A stretch of DNA of 64,000 bases from Octopus sinensis (lineage: Eukaryota): assembly GCF_006345805.1 (NCBI RefSeq), contig NC_043003.1, positions 93,682,001 to 93,746,000 of the forward strand, in the 5' to 3' direction. Shown here one piece after another: positions 1 through 11,640 of this stretch (positions are counted from its first letter, which is position 1; every line of letters begins with the position of its first letter). A program made the position numbers and the translations under genes. The notes under the pieces are model-generated. The model was not told the origin of the DNA, made no database searches, and worked only from the letters and a program-made list of their open reading frames with translations.

Positions 1-241
1 TAAGTGCCCAGCTCAAAAATAAATACTAGGGTCAATTTATTTAACTAAAACACTTCAAGACAGTGGCTCAGCAGTAGTCCAAAGACTAAAACAAATAAAA
101 GATGCAGAAAAGGTAAATTATGTTTTCAATTCCTGGTTAAAGCAGTTTTATGACCTCTACAAGAGTCATTCTTATATCACTGATGCAAAACCAGCCTTGT
201 ACTTAATTAAAAAGAAGTCAATAATGAAAAGTTATAGAGAC

Positions 242-247
242 TTTATT
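242..247 (-). terminator. Candidate AATAAA poly(A) signal for ACP1
   Basis: tttatt on + strand about 190 nt past the ACP1 stop; others exist (e.g. 36-41), so usage is not established. Confidence 0.3.
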
Positions 248-436
248 ATTTTAAAGATTTTAACATTTTTAGAATTAATTCATTAAGTTTTTGCAATAAC
301 CACTCGGAAGATATTTAAAGATATTTTGTCCATAATTATAAGAAATCTAAAACTTGTTTGTCCAGATTTGTAAGAAATTTAAAGCTTGTATGACTGCTAG
401 CAAAGTCCTTGAAGAGTTCAGACAGTTTCGTTAGAG

Positions 437-514
437 TTAATTAAAAGATTCTAAAAATGCTTTACAGCAACGATAACACTGGTCATATACAGGGTAAAAC
501 TCAGCTTGTGTATC
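437..514 (-). CDS. ACP1: ACP1 exon 6 (last; DTQAEFYPVYDQCYRCCKAFLESFN*)
   Basis: Acceptor tttttcag|GAT; aligns to the human C-terminus [25 protein letters not shown]; stop TAA. Confidence 0.95.
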   Translation of the reverse strand, partial: DTQAEFYPVYDQCYRCCKAFLESFN

Positions 515-702
515 CTGAAAAATACAAGAGAACATGACAATAAGTTTTTTTCTAGCTGAACTAAAAGCATACCCCCCCCCCCATATTTTAAAATAAGAAC
601 AGACAAAAAACTGAGATGCCAGCACCTTGATGTACTCCAGAAGACTCGTACTTCTCAATAGAAGTGTTAAGCTAACTGAAGAAGAAGACTGGCCTGCAAG
701 AG

Positions 703-917
703 TCCTGTGCCAGTACCACATATAAAAGCACTCATGCTGGTGCCACATAAAAACACCCAATACATTATGTAAAGTGGCTGGCGTTAGGAAGGCATCCAGC
801 TGTAGAAACCATGCCAAATCAGACTGGAGCCTGGTGCAGTTTTCCAGCTTACCAACTCTGGTCGAACCATCCAACCCATTCCAACATGGATAATGGATAT
901 TAAGTGATAATGATGAT
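703..917 (+). mobile_element. SINE family A (…ggaagggcatccagctgtagaaac…cccatgctagcatggaaagcggacgttaaac(GAT)n)
   Basis: Matches about 20 other copies in the window; (GAT)n-type tail. Confidence 0.85.
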
Positions 918-1149
918 TTTACATTAAATTGGAAACATTTTTTCACTTATCACCATTAGCTAGTGGTTTGCAAAATTATTTTTGTCATATTTGCCTAAAA
1001 ACAGGAATGTCTATGTGGTCAAAAAGTTTTGCATCACAACCACATAGTTCTGTGATTATTTCCCCCACGGTAAGTCATTTTGACCAACATCAACTCAGTG
1101 AAATGGGATATATACCACACAAGTGCAACAAATCCCAGCAGAATGTGTG

Positions 1150-1843
1150 GGAAGAGGGTCAAAAGCATGATTCATATTGTTAGAGCTTGAAGTCTTGCAC
1201 AGAAAGAATACAAACATAGACATGATAAGGTTGCCCAAAGCCTTCACTGGTTACTATGCAGAAAGTATGGATATGAGGTAATGGGTGCTTGGTATCAACA
1301 TACATTGGAAAAGGTAATGGACGAAAAGGAGAAGGCAAAAATCCTCTGGGACTTTGACTTCCAGACAGACAAGGTATTAGAGCACCAAAGGCCGAATATA
1401 GTAACCTTTAGGAGGGACAAATAAGGGTACCTAATAATTGATGTGGCAGTGCCAGGACATCAACATATGAAAGAAAAAAATTGATAAATATGGAGACCTA
1501 AGAATTGTGATCGCCAAGATATGGTAGCTACATGAATCAAACATAGAGGTTGTCCCTGTTATCATTGGAGCTTTGGGTTCAATACCACTCAACCTGAAGA
1601 AACATTTGGAAACTTTAGAAATACCCTACAATCTAGGTGTGTTGCATAAATTGGCATTATTTGGAATTGCATGCATATTGTGTAAAGTACTGTTACTGAC
1701 TCTGAGGTCCTTGTGACTTGACAGACAGTACAAACTCTTGGCAGACAGTATCTTCAACCAACATCACAATATTGGATACTGTGCAATGTCTTAAATAATA
1801 ATAATGATAATAATAATAATAATAATAAAAGTAATAATAATAA
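1150..1843 (+). mobile_element. 5'-truncated R4/Dong-type (restriction-like endonuclease) LINE relic with (AAT)n tail
   Basis: Decayed frames read HIVRA*SLAQKEYKHRHDKVAQSLHWLLC...ILWDFDFQTDKVLEHQRPNIV...IIDVAVP...VVPVIIGALGSIP, i.e. a CCHC knuckle plus RLE motifs; followed by an (AAT)n tract. Confidence 0.85.
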
Positions 1844-1862
1844 TGCATTCAGAAAAGCTTAC

Positions 1863-1965
1863 AAAATATGGATCTGGAATAATGACGACTTTCTGTGGAT
1901 CCCATTTTCCTAAAAGTTCTACTTTTGCTTTCTGTTTGTTGCTGCCACAAACCATGGACAGATCT
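1863..1965 (-). CDS. ACP1: ACP1 exon 5 (DLSMVCGSNKQKAKVELLGKWDPQKVVIIPDPYF)
   Basis: ctttcttcag| acceptor, |gtaagc donor, phase 2 to 0; KAKVELLG..DPQK...DPY homology. Confidence 0.95.
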
Positions 1966-2649
1966 CTGAAGAAAGTAAAATGAAAATAATTTACATAAAG
2001 ATTTTCAATGAATTACAGGAACAAGAGCAGTATTAAGTTCAATTGAAAAAGTATCTATGTATATATGCATACATACGTGTGTATCCATTATATGTGTGTG
2101 TGTATATGTATTTCTGTTGTGACCGTGTAAAATGTGTACAAGTTTATACAGAACTGTAGATGTTTGTAAGGGTGATAAATTACACTGTGTAACAAACATT
2201 TTTTTTTTGTCTTTGGTCAGTAAGGGTTATTTCCTATTTGTTTCTATTAAGAAATCAAAGGAAATGGCTACTATTCCTTTCAAACTTTGCTTTTGTGATC
2301 TGGACATCAATGTTTTGAAACTGACCTATTTTCCATTACACTTCAGACAGATTCAATGATGAATTACTGAAGCAGAAATATTATAGCAAATATTCTGCTC
2401 AATTTGCTTGTCAGTTGCTTGACCTTAACCACTTGAGCATGACCCTTAGTGGCTGACAATTTATGCATCTCTGATGATAAGCAGCAGTAGTAAAGGAGTA
2501 TCATAGCCATGTGTTAAGAGGAATTCTTTAGGGTCTGAGTTAAATGTAACAAAAGCAAAGTCTGAAGGAAATATTAGCTGTGTTTCATATTTTCTAGGGG
2601 TAAGCAAATAAGAAATAACAGTTGCTATCAAAGGACAAAAATCTGGTTG

Positions 2650-2790
2650 TGGGCATGGCTGTGTGGTTAGGGAGCTTGCTTCCGAGCTACATGGTTTCGG
2701 GTTCAGTCCCACTGCGTGGACTTTGGGTAGGTGTCTTCCACTATAGCCCCGAGCCGACCAGAGCTTTGTGATTGAATTCGGTAGGCGGAA
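2650..2790 (+). mobile_element. SINE family B (tRNA-like head, CORE-like body), partial
   Basis: A-box-like TGGCTGTGTGG, B-box-like GGTTCAGTCC, then ttgggcaagtgtctt. Confidence 0.75.
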
Positions 2791-3179
2791 GTTACTGTCG
2801 TGTGTGTATGTGTGCGTATAGCTGCTCAGTGCCTCTCCGAAAGAGAGAGAGAGTGTTATATAGTATTAAGTCATAGAGTAAATCGTCCACTTGAATAAGA
2901 AGTGATTCTAATGCAGACAAACTGGTAGTATCTATTCCAAAAGCTTAATCCTTTAGTTACCATATTTTTGTTGAAACACTCAGACATTGTTTTAATTAAC
3001 TTTAAAAATAATGAAGAAATTAGTAAAATAACTTTATCATTAAGTTGGTGTTTGGAACATAAATTAACATGAAAATTTGGAGTATGAAATTTGGATGGAT
3101 GGACAATAAAATACAAACATACCAGCAAAATACAACCTGCTATAATTTGGTCAATTCAGATATTTGACACATACATGTA

Positions 3180-3535
3180 TGTATATACCTTTATATTTTA
3201 CCTTTTAGTTGTTTCAGTCATTTGACTGTGGCCATGCTGGGGCACTACTTTGAAAGGTTTTAGTTGAACAAGTTGACTCTAGGATTTATTTTGCTTATTC
3301 TATCAGTCTTTTTGCCAAACCATTAAGTTACGAGGAAGTAAGTACACCAATACCAGTTGTCAAGGTGAGGGACTAACACAGACATATACAATGGGCTTCT
3401 TTCAGTTTCCGTCTAGTAAATCCATTCACAAGCCTTTGATCAGCACAAGACACTTGCCCAAGGTGCCATGTAGTGGGACTGAACCTGAAACCACTTGTTT
3501 GGGAAGCAAGCTTCTTACCACACAACCATGCCTGT
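3180..3535 (-). mobile_element. SINE family B copy
   Basis: Reverse complement of the 17075-17476 consensus-like copy. Confidence 0.8.
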
Positions 3536-4021
3536 ACATGTGTGTGTGTGTGTGTATATATATGTTATAAAGAGAGATTTCTCTTTGATGATACTAACGG
3601 AATCACATTACTGCTGTTTGCCTAATGGGAGATATTTTTCAATTGACAGCAAAGGAACCAATTTTGTTGGTTGTAAAGTGGTTCATAAATTACCTTTACA
3701 ATTTGAAAAATTCAGAAAAAAATGAAAAATAACAATAACTTAGTAGAGTTTATTGGAAAACAGGCAAACAAATTTTAGTCAGAAACATCAGAACACTTCC
3801 ATGTGGGTCCACTCGTTGCATACAACACATCTAGATGATGCTCAATTTCTATTGTAAAGATAATTTATGAACACCCTGTGTGTGTGTGTTTAAATGTGTT
3901 TGTGTGAGACAGAGGGAGAGGAGATAGGGAGAGAGATGCATAGATAAACAGATATATCTACTGACATATATACATATACATTTATTTTGTTTCAAGAATT
4001 TATAACTTTAAAAATACATAC

Positions 4022-4083
4022 TGCATATTTTGTTCATCCATTCCAAAGATATAGTCATACGTTTTGAAATCACTTTTAGTAAT
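4022..4083 (-). CDS. ACP1: ACP1 exon 4 (ITKSDFKTYDYIFGMDEQNM)
   Basis: aatgcag| acceptor, |gtatgt donor, 62 nt; matches [20 protein letters not shown]. Confidence 0.95.
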
Positions 4084-4343
4084 CTGCATTTTAAAAATTA
4101 AAAGCAAAAATTACAACAATGATCATTAATTTCATTTTTGTCAAAGCATATAAAAATATTACTATAGCACTTGGTGAAAGAAACAGGTATACAAATTACT
4201 ATCAAGTGAATTTTATAACAATAATTAGAAACATCACGAAAGCATATGATAACAGTGCCAAAATAAAACAAAAAAACTATATCAGTTACTGAGTGATGGA
4301 AATCTCAGAGTCCACTATAAGCAGCATCAACTGTAATAAGCTA

Positions 4344-4586
4344 TTAAACTTTTTGATAACACTTCACTTGAAATTGAAACCACATCTGGTTCTATGATAC
4401 AAACTTCCTGTTTAACAGTGATCTAAGTTGTAAAAAAAAAGTCCTTCTATCATATTTTCCTATTAATTCATGCTCAAACAATCAGCTTAATAATGATAAA
4501 ATTATTTAATTAAATTCTTCATGATTTTCAAAATCTATCGAAACAAACAATGTATATCAACTGATAAACAGCTATAAAAGGGTTAA
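4344..4586. mobile_element. TTAA-flanked piggyBac-like MITE, family 1 (related pieces at about 2946-3080, 22890-22983, 50228-50443)
   Basis: TTAA at both ends; ends resemble CCCTTTTG(A/T)TACC...GGTATCAAAAGGG; internal sequence is shared among copies. Confidence 0.6.
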
Positions 4587-6210
4587 TGTCTATATAAGAC
4601 AAAGGCAGTGAAGTAGTAGATATGGTAGAGTACAAAATTTAGGCATTACAACAACATTCTTAGCTCCAATTTCACTAAGTCACTCTGGTTACACTAGAAT
4701 AATTCCTTTGGACATACTATCAATAATATAGTCTTCCTCACTCTAAATTAGTGGAATTGTGCCAATAATATTTAGAAAGCATGTGAGATGGAATATGTTT
4801 AGGATAAAAATAATTCATGAAATATCCTTGAGATTATAAGAGAAATGGTTATATTAATCTAATATGAATTATTCTACAATATCTGAATTAGAATTCATGA
4901 AAAGGGCAGATTTAGCAATGACAGTGAAGTATAAGCAATTGAATGCTTAGCATTATATTAATACTATGTGTCAGCTGCTTCATGTTTCGTAATCAGAGTT
5001 AGTCATCCATAGTGATTTTGAAAATGAATTGGAGAAAGAGAAACAAGTAATGTGATATAGATGGTTTTTCTGAAGACATTAGTAGCATAACAGAGATGAG
5101 ATGGGGTGAGCAACTGGGAATCAAAACCAGGTTATGGATTGATTTGGCTGACTTGGAAATTCCTTTCCATGATATAGTAATCAATTGTCTTTATCTAATT
5201 TAAATAAAGTAATGATATTGCAAGCATGAAAATATACCTTGAGAATAAGTGCTTAGCTTTAGTTCCATTACACTAAATGAACAAGCAAAAGATTTTCTGG
5301 ATAGCATACCGTTTGATTGCAATTAACATCTCCAAATAATCCAACATCCATTCCCAACAACTATATAAAGTAAATGACTGTAGAATAAAGAGAGCTGCCC
5401 AGAAACATAATAAAACACTAGCATCACATTTAAATTCCTGACATTAATAAGAGACAATGTATTACATAATGTAGAAGCAGATTCAAGAGGAAGATTTAAG
5501 GTTAGATTTGAGAACATGAGACCACATGGGAAATTATACAAAATCAACACATGTACCAATCTGTTCTACAGAAAAAGTGTTTAACCTGTTACAAGTAAAA
5601 ATGGGAAATGATGGTAATAATAGTTTTTTTTTTGTCCACATTTCCATGCAAGCATGGGTTAGACATTTATATTATCAAGGCATTGTTTTATAGGTGGAAG
5701 ACCTTCTTGTTGCTAAATGTTACCTGTTTTTCAAATAAGAGATCACTCATTTCATATGTCTTCAAAGTGCAGAATGATCAGAAGGTTTGTTAAGAGGAGA
5801 AGTGTCAACTGTAATTTTGCTCAAAGTGATTGACTTTTGCTTGACAAGCATATCCAACACACATATACATATTACCTATACATACATACATATGTATGTA
5901 TGGGCAGTGTATGAGTGTGTATATATGTGTGTGTATATATATCTACATATACAAAGATGTGTGTGTGTGATGGGCTTCTTTCAGTTTCCTTCTACCAAAT
6001 CTATTCATAATGCTTCGGTAGAAGGCACTTGCTCAGTGTGCCACTCAATAAGATTGAACCTGAAACCATGTAGTTACAAAGCAAAACTACTGAACCTCAC
6101 AGCCACAACTATGACTATGAAGATGAATAAAACAAAAATATTCAAAAGCAGAATTAATTTTAAGATTAGACGCAACAACACAATATAATATATATATACA
6201 ATATACTCAC

Positions 6211-6324
6211 TTGTCTTACAGTATGTCTAAAATTTATGGCGTTTTCTTTCAAAACTTTCAAGGCTCTTTCATCAGGCTGTTTTCCAATGTGCCAATCCCC
6301 AATGGCTGCACTATCAACTTCCCA
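6211..6324 (-). CDS. ACP1: ACP1 exon 3 (WEVDSAAIGDWHIGKQPDERALKVLKENAINFRHTVRQ)
   Basis: atacag| acceptor, |gtgagt donor, 114 nt, phase 0-0; homologous to the vertebrate alternative exon 3. Confidence 0.96.
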
Positions 6325-6479
6325 CTGTATAATTGGTAAAAAGCAAAAAATTCTATCAATATTTTTTCATACAAACATCTAACCAACAAATCAATGATAG
6401 TTGTTTCACAAAACAGTAAAAAAAATTTGCTACAGCTTTGAGTTTTGTTGTACATGTTATACAATATTCTGTTCTGAAT

Positions 6480-6860
6480 AATCTTGTATCTTTTATCTGC
6501 TTCAGTCTTTAGACTGTGGCCATACTGTGGCAGTGCCTTGAAGAACTTTTTTTTGGTTGAATGAATCGACCCCAGTACTTCTTTTTCTCATAGCCTGTTA
6601 CTTGTTTGATCAGTCTCTTTGCTGAATCACTAAGTTATGGGGATGCAAACAAACCAATACCAGTTGTCAAGTGGTGGTGGGAGGGGACAAATACAGACAC
6701 AAAGACACATACACACACACATATATGATGGGTTCTTTCAGTTTCTACCTATCAAATCCACTGACATAGCTTTGGTCAACCCAAGGTTATAGAAGAAGAT
6801 ACTTACTCAAGATGCCATGCAATGGGACTGAACTCGGAACCATATGGTTGGCAAGAAAGC
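6480..6860 (-). mobile_element. SINE family B copy
   Basis: Head-to-tail match to family B. Confidence 0.8.
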
Positions 6861-6959
6861 TTCATACTACACAGCCACCCCTTTGTCTGTTATAATGTTT
6901 GTTTATTTTTTTTTTTTTCGAATAATGGGGAATAAGAAGTATTGGGGAAAAAGTAAAGG

Positions 6960-7152
6960 CATCATCATCATCATCATTGTTTAACGTCTGTTTTCCATGC
7001 TAGCATGGGTTGGACGGTTCAACTGGGGTCTGGGAAGCCAGAAGGCTGCGCCAGGCCCAGTCTGATCTGGCAGTGTTTCTACAGCTGGATGCCCTTCCTA
7101 ATGCCAACCACTCCGTGAGTGTAGTGGGTGCTTTTTACGTGCCACCGGCACT
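6960..7152 (-). mobile_element. SINE family A copy
   Basis: (CAT)n followed by gtttaacgtctgttttccatgctagcatggg…ggatgcccttcctaatgccaacc. Confidence 0.9.
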
Positions 7153-7185
7153 ATAACAAACAGAGTAGTGACATCAACATTATCA

Positions 7186-7420
7186 TTGTTTTAACATCCA
7201 CTTTCCCAAGCTTGCATGGGTCGGATGGATTTTGTTGAACCAGATTTTCTACGGCTTGATGCCCTTCCTGTCACCAACTCACACCTGTTTCCAAGTAAAG
7301 TAATACTCCCCATGACCAGACATGTTTACAGCAAAGATTGGAAATGAAAGAACACTACTTGCTTGACGGTAACACACATTTACAACTACTATGCAATGTC
7401 AAAGCAGAGACAGCAACAAG
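7186..7420 (-). mobile_element. SINE family A2 (same tail as A, different 5' body; also at about 5630-5790, 15520-15690, 26980-27200, 40960-41170)
   Basis: Shared gatgcccttcctgtcaccaac…tttccaagtaaggtaatattt…ggaaatgaa body. Confidence 0.7.
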
Positions 7421-7863
7421 TGATGCAAACAGGAAAAATAGAACTCAAAATATGAGTATATGTTTTGATAAGTGCCACCACACGAAACACCCAGCCCTTG
7501 AGTCACTCTGTTGCTTCTGCTAAATATCAAATAAAGAAATATATATATATATACTCACATCTTTGTCTATATATCTACCTTCTCTATAATGTTGCCACTT
7601 GATTTGAAAATTTTTGTATTAATGGAAAACCTCTATAATTGGCTGATGAGTACTCAGCATCTTAAATCTGTTGTAATACTTACAACATTTAATGAAATGA
7701 TGTAGTACGAAATGATCGTACCAAATTACCGAAGTCATTCTTGTTGCTTATTTTGATTATAATCACCCCACGGATTTTTATGGATAACACCATACAAAAT
7801 TCTGGTGCATCTAAATTAAGTACCATATTCATTTGAATCTAAATTTTTGCTGAACTTAAATAA

Positions 7864-7892
<29 letters not shown>

Positions 7893-7896
<4 letters not shown>

Positions 7897-8227
7897 TATT
7901 ATATAAAATCCGTTTTGTCTGTGTGTATATGTCTTTTAGGATCTTGGGCATCCTCCATTTGATTGCGCTGAAATTTGATATGTAGATGCCGACGGTATCC
8001 TGGCGTGTATAAGTCTTGAAAAAATTACAAAAATCAATAAAGCATTCTTTAGAATAGAAAAAAGTCTATCTTTATTTCTTCTTTTGCTGGTGTCTCAAAT
8101 TTTGGTTAAGTCAGTGTTTCTCAAAGGGGAGGCCTATGGGACGGTCGGACAAATTGTTTTAAGAAAATTTGGTTTAAATGTTTGACAACTCAGCACCATA
8201 TATTGGATGTGGGGGCATTTTGCTCGT
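7893..8227 (+). mobile_element. Helitron/DINE-like non-autonomous element
   Basis: 5' tatataaaatccgttttgtctgtgtg, internal gattgcgctgaaattt, 3' gggggcattttgCTCGT (CTAGT-like), embedded in (AT)n. Confidence 0.45.
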
Positions 8228-8944
8228 ATATATATATATATGAGGGGCTTCTTTCAGTTACCAACCACCAAATTTACTCACAAGGCTTTGGTCAGCCTGG
8301 GGATATAACAGAAGACACATGCTTAAGGTTCCACACAGTGGGACTGGATCCAGAACCATGTGGTTGGGAAGGAAATTTTGTACCACACAGCTATGCCTGA
8401 CCTGGAAATATTTTCAGACACATTTTTAGTTTATACTTTACTTGAAAATTATATTGCCAACTTTAATACTAAATATTCCTTTACCAAATCTACTGGATGT
8501 TGTACCAGGTATGTTGCTGTTTATCCACGGAACAGCTCTGACTAACTGAATTTCATGTTACATCTATAACAATCTTTTCTCTTCGCATTATCAGGAACTA
8601 CAGTATTCAATATGCTTTATATTAGACGGTAGGATACGATTTGAGGTAGATAATTTGACTGCTATTTCTAGCAGATTGAGCCACCCCATAGATATTCACT
8701 CATATCTGAGAGGATGATGAACTGATAAGATAGTTTATAGTACACCACTCAACTATCAAATGTCTACATCTACCTTGCTGTAAAATGATACAACCATGAG
8801 GAGCTAAAGCTATAAAACTCATTGCTGATTGTAGTGGGTGACTTGTAGAACAAACAAGTGTTACATCGCTGAATCAAGTTTTATAGAAAGTAAAACAATG
8901 ACTACCACTAGGCTTACTTATGAATGAGAAGGCAAAATTCCTAC

Positions 8945-9248
8945 CCCGACTAGCCTCCGTGCCGATGGCACGTAAAAAGCACCATCCAACCGTGGTCATT
9001 GCCAGCCTCGCCTGGCCTCCATGCCAGTGGCACGTAAAAAGCACCATACAATCGTGGCCGTTTGCCAGCCTTGTCTGGCACTTGTGTCAGTGGCACATAA
9101 AAAGCACCCACTACACTCTCGGAGTGGTTGGCATTAGGAAGGGCATCTAGCCGTAGAAACATTGCCAGATCAGACTGGGCCTGGTGCAAGCCTTCTGGCT
9201 TCCCAGACCCCAGTTGAACCGTCCAACCCATGCTAAACGAACGATGAT
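8945..9248 (+). mobile_element. SINE family A copy with three internal tggcacgtaaaaagcacc units
   Basis: Direct match to family A. Confidence 0.85.
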
Positions 9249-9654
9249 ACTTTGATACCGTAATGGTCCCACTACTAGAAAAACATAGTGGAAGACAACT
9301 CAGGAGTAAGTCAATGCAAATGTTCTGAGAACTGAAGAAGATCATCATCATCGTTTAACGTCTGCTTTCCATGCTAGCATGGGTTGGACGATTTGACTGA
9401 GGACTGGTGAACCAGATGGCTGCACCAGGCTCCTTCATGTGCATGAATTTGTTTTGAGTGGATAAAGTGTTGCACAGTACTGAATTCATTTTTCAGTGCA
9501 ATCAGCTATAACTCTAGAGGCAAAGCAGAGGTTATTGCACTTCAGGTTTTTTATAAAAAAAGATGAGACACAATCACTCACACACATCCATACATACAAT
9601 ACACACACACACAAACATACATTCACTGGTACATATATATTATATATATATATA

Positions 9655-9823
9655 TATGAGTGGCTGTGTGGTAAGTAGCTTGCTTACCAACCACATGGCT
9701 CCGGGTTCAGTCCCACTGCATGGCATTTTACGCAAGTGTCTTCTGCTATAGCCCCTGGCCGACCAATGCCTTGTGAGTGGATTTGGTAGACGGAAACTGA
9801 AAGAAGCCGGTCGTATATATGTA

Positions 9824-9880
<57 letters not shown>

Positions 9881-10085
9881 GTGTGTGTGTGTCTGTGTTT
9901 GTCCCCCTAGCATTGCTTGACAACCGATGCTGATGTGTTTACGTCCCCGTCACTTAGCAGTTCGGCAAAAAGAGGCCGATAGAATAAGTACTGGGCTTAC
10001 AAAGAATAAGTCCCGGGGTTGATTTGCTCGTCTAAAGGTGGTGCTCCAGCATGGCCGCAGTCAAATGACTGAAGCAAGTAAAAGA
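9655..10085 (+). mobile_element. SINE family B near-full-length with expanded internal (AT)n
   Basis: Collinear with 17075-17476 and 36856-37270. Confidence 0.9.
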
Positions 10086-10086
10086 G

Positions 10087-10138
<52 letters not shown>

Positions 10139-10728
10139 TGACTGGCCTCCACTCATAAGTCTTTGGGTAGCCTTTAACTGCATTAGAAAACACTTAACAA
10201 ACATGACATGCAGTGGAACTGAGCCCAAAATTACATGGTTGGAAAGCAAACGTCCTAACTACACAGCTATGCTTACACATTAATTTACAATTACACATTT
10301 GGGATTTGACAAAGAAATTAATTAAAAGTAAGAAAAACATACAGAAAGCAAAAATAACTTTAATAAGCAAATTAGAACTTTGGTGCCCCAGCATGGTTGC
10401 AGTCTAATGACTGAAACATGAAAGAGATAAAAAGATAAAAAACATAACATTGTAGGCAGAATATAAATGTATTATAATTAGTCAAGCAGAAAGAGAAAGG
10501 CAAAGAGATTATGATCTGAGAACTATAAGCATAAAGTAGTATTCAGTTCACAGGGAAGAGAGGTGGGCGAATAATAAATACTACAACTATATACAGAATG
10601 AAATACATAGAATTTGTTGGGATTTGAATAACAAGGAGCAAGTTGTGGAGAGAAATATGAAATTGTAAGAGATTTATACTGATTTATTGCCATCTCATGC
10701 AGAAATAATAAAATTCATAACAACTAAC

Positions 10729-10802
10729 CATGTTATGTTGATTCTTTTCTTTCAGTAGATGCTCGAAAATGGCATGTGCCATTGGAGAACGGCAAATATT
10801 AC
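10729..10802 (-). CDS. ACP1: ACP1 exon 2 (GNICRSPMAHAIFEHLLKEKNQHNM), P-loop
   Basis: ttttag| acceptor, |gttagt donor, 74 nt; GNICRS motif is visible in ORF 10684..10884. Confidence 0.96.
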
Positions 10803-11232
10803 CTAAAATAAAATGATAAACAATTGTAGCATGGAAGATGTTTATAAGCCATTTAAGAACACACACACAGAAAAAAAAAAACAAAAAAAACCGTTAGATT
10901 CACTTTAACATTTAAATTTAATTTGTGTCAAAATATTTTTGTTGCTTTGAAACTGTGACCTGTTCACTTACGAAACTTTGTGGATACTTTTTGTAGTGGT
11001 AGTTGTTTTGTTGAAACAAAAAGTGTTGCTATAAAGATTTTGTCAATTAAGAAACCATGATACATGGATTGCTGCAACAGAACAGTCCATCAACATACAG
11101 ATTTATCATGTGGTTCAAAGGCTTGCAATAAACTATATTCTGCTAAAGACATCCAAGAGGCATGGTGGTGGTGATGGTGTAAAACTGGATAATGCTAAGT
11201 CTACCACACAAAACAGATGCAGTCTAACTGCC

Positions 11233-11640
11233 AGATCTTTTCGGTTTGAACGGCAGTTTTTAATATAATTTCTAGGTAACTAAAAAATTTTAAACTTCGT
11301 ATACTGGTAGAATGTGTTTATAAAACATCTCATTCTCTTAGCTTTATTGAGAAAATTCTATAGTTTGTAAGATATTTGTGGGTTTTTTTCTTCAATTTCT
11401 GCAATTTCAACCAATCAAATATGTCCATTGAATTAAAAAACATTCTGTGCCATATGAATATGTCCCTCGTTTAAGAAACAGATTGGGTTTATTTACATTT
11501 ATGAAGAAAAAAAGATACCCTTCCCCCTAACCTAACCCTAAAACAGATTGAAATGCAATAGATTGATACTAGTGTCATAATTGTGGGTGACAATTTCATG
11601 ACACCACTAGAAAAAACTGCCGTTCAAACTGAAAAGATCC
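11233..11640. mobile_element. 408-bp MITE with about 27-bp TIRs and an 8-bp TSD (one mismatch)
   Basis: Left (a)gatcttttcggtttgaacggcagtttt; right aaaactgccgttcaaactgaaaagatcc; flanks taactgcc / taacagcc; internal cccctaacctaaccctaa. Confidence 0.8.
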
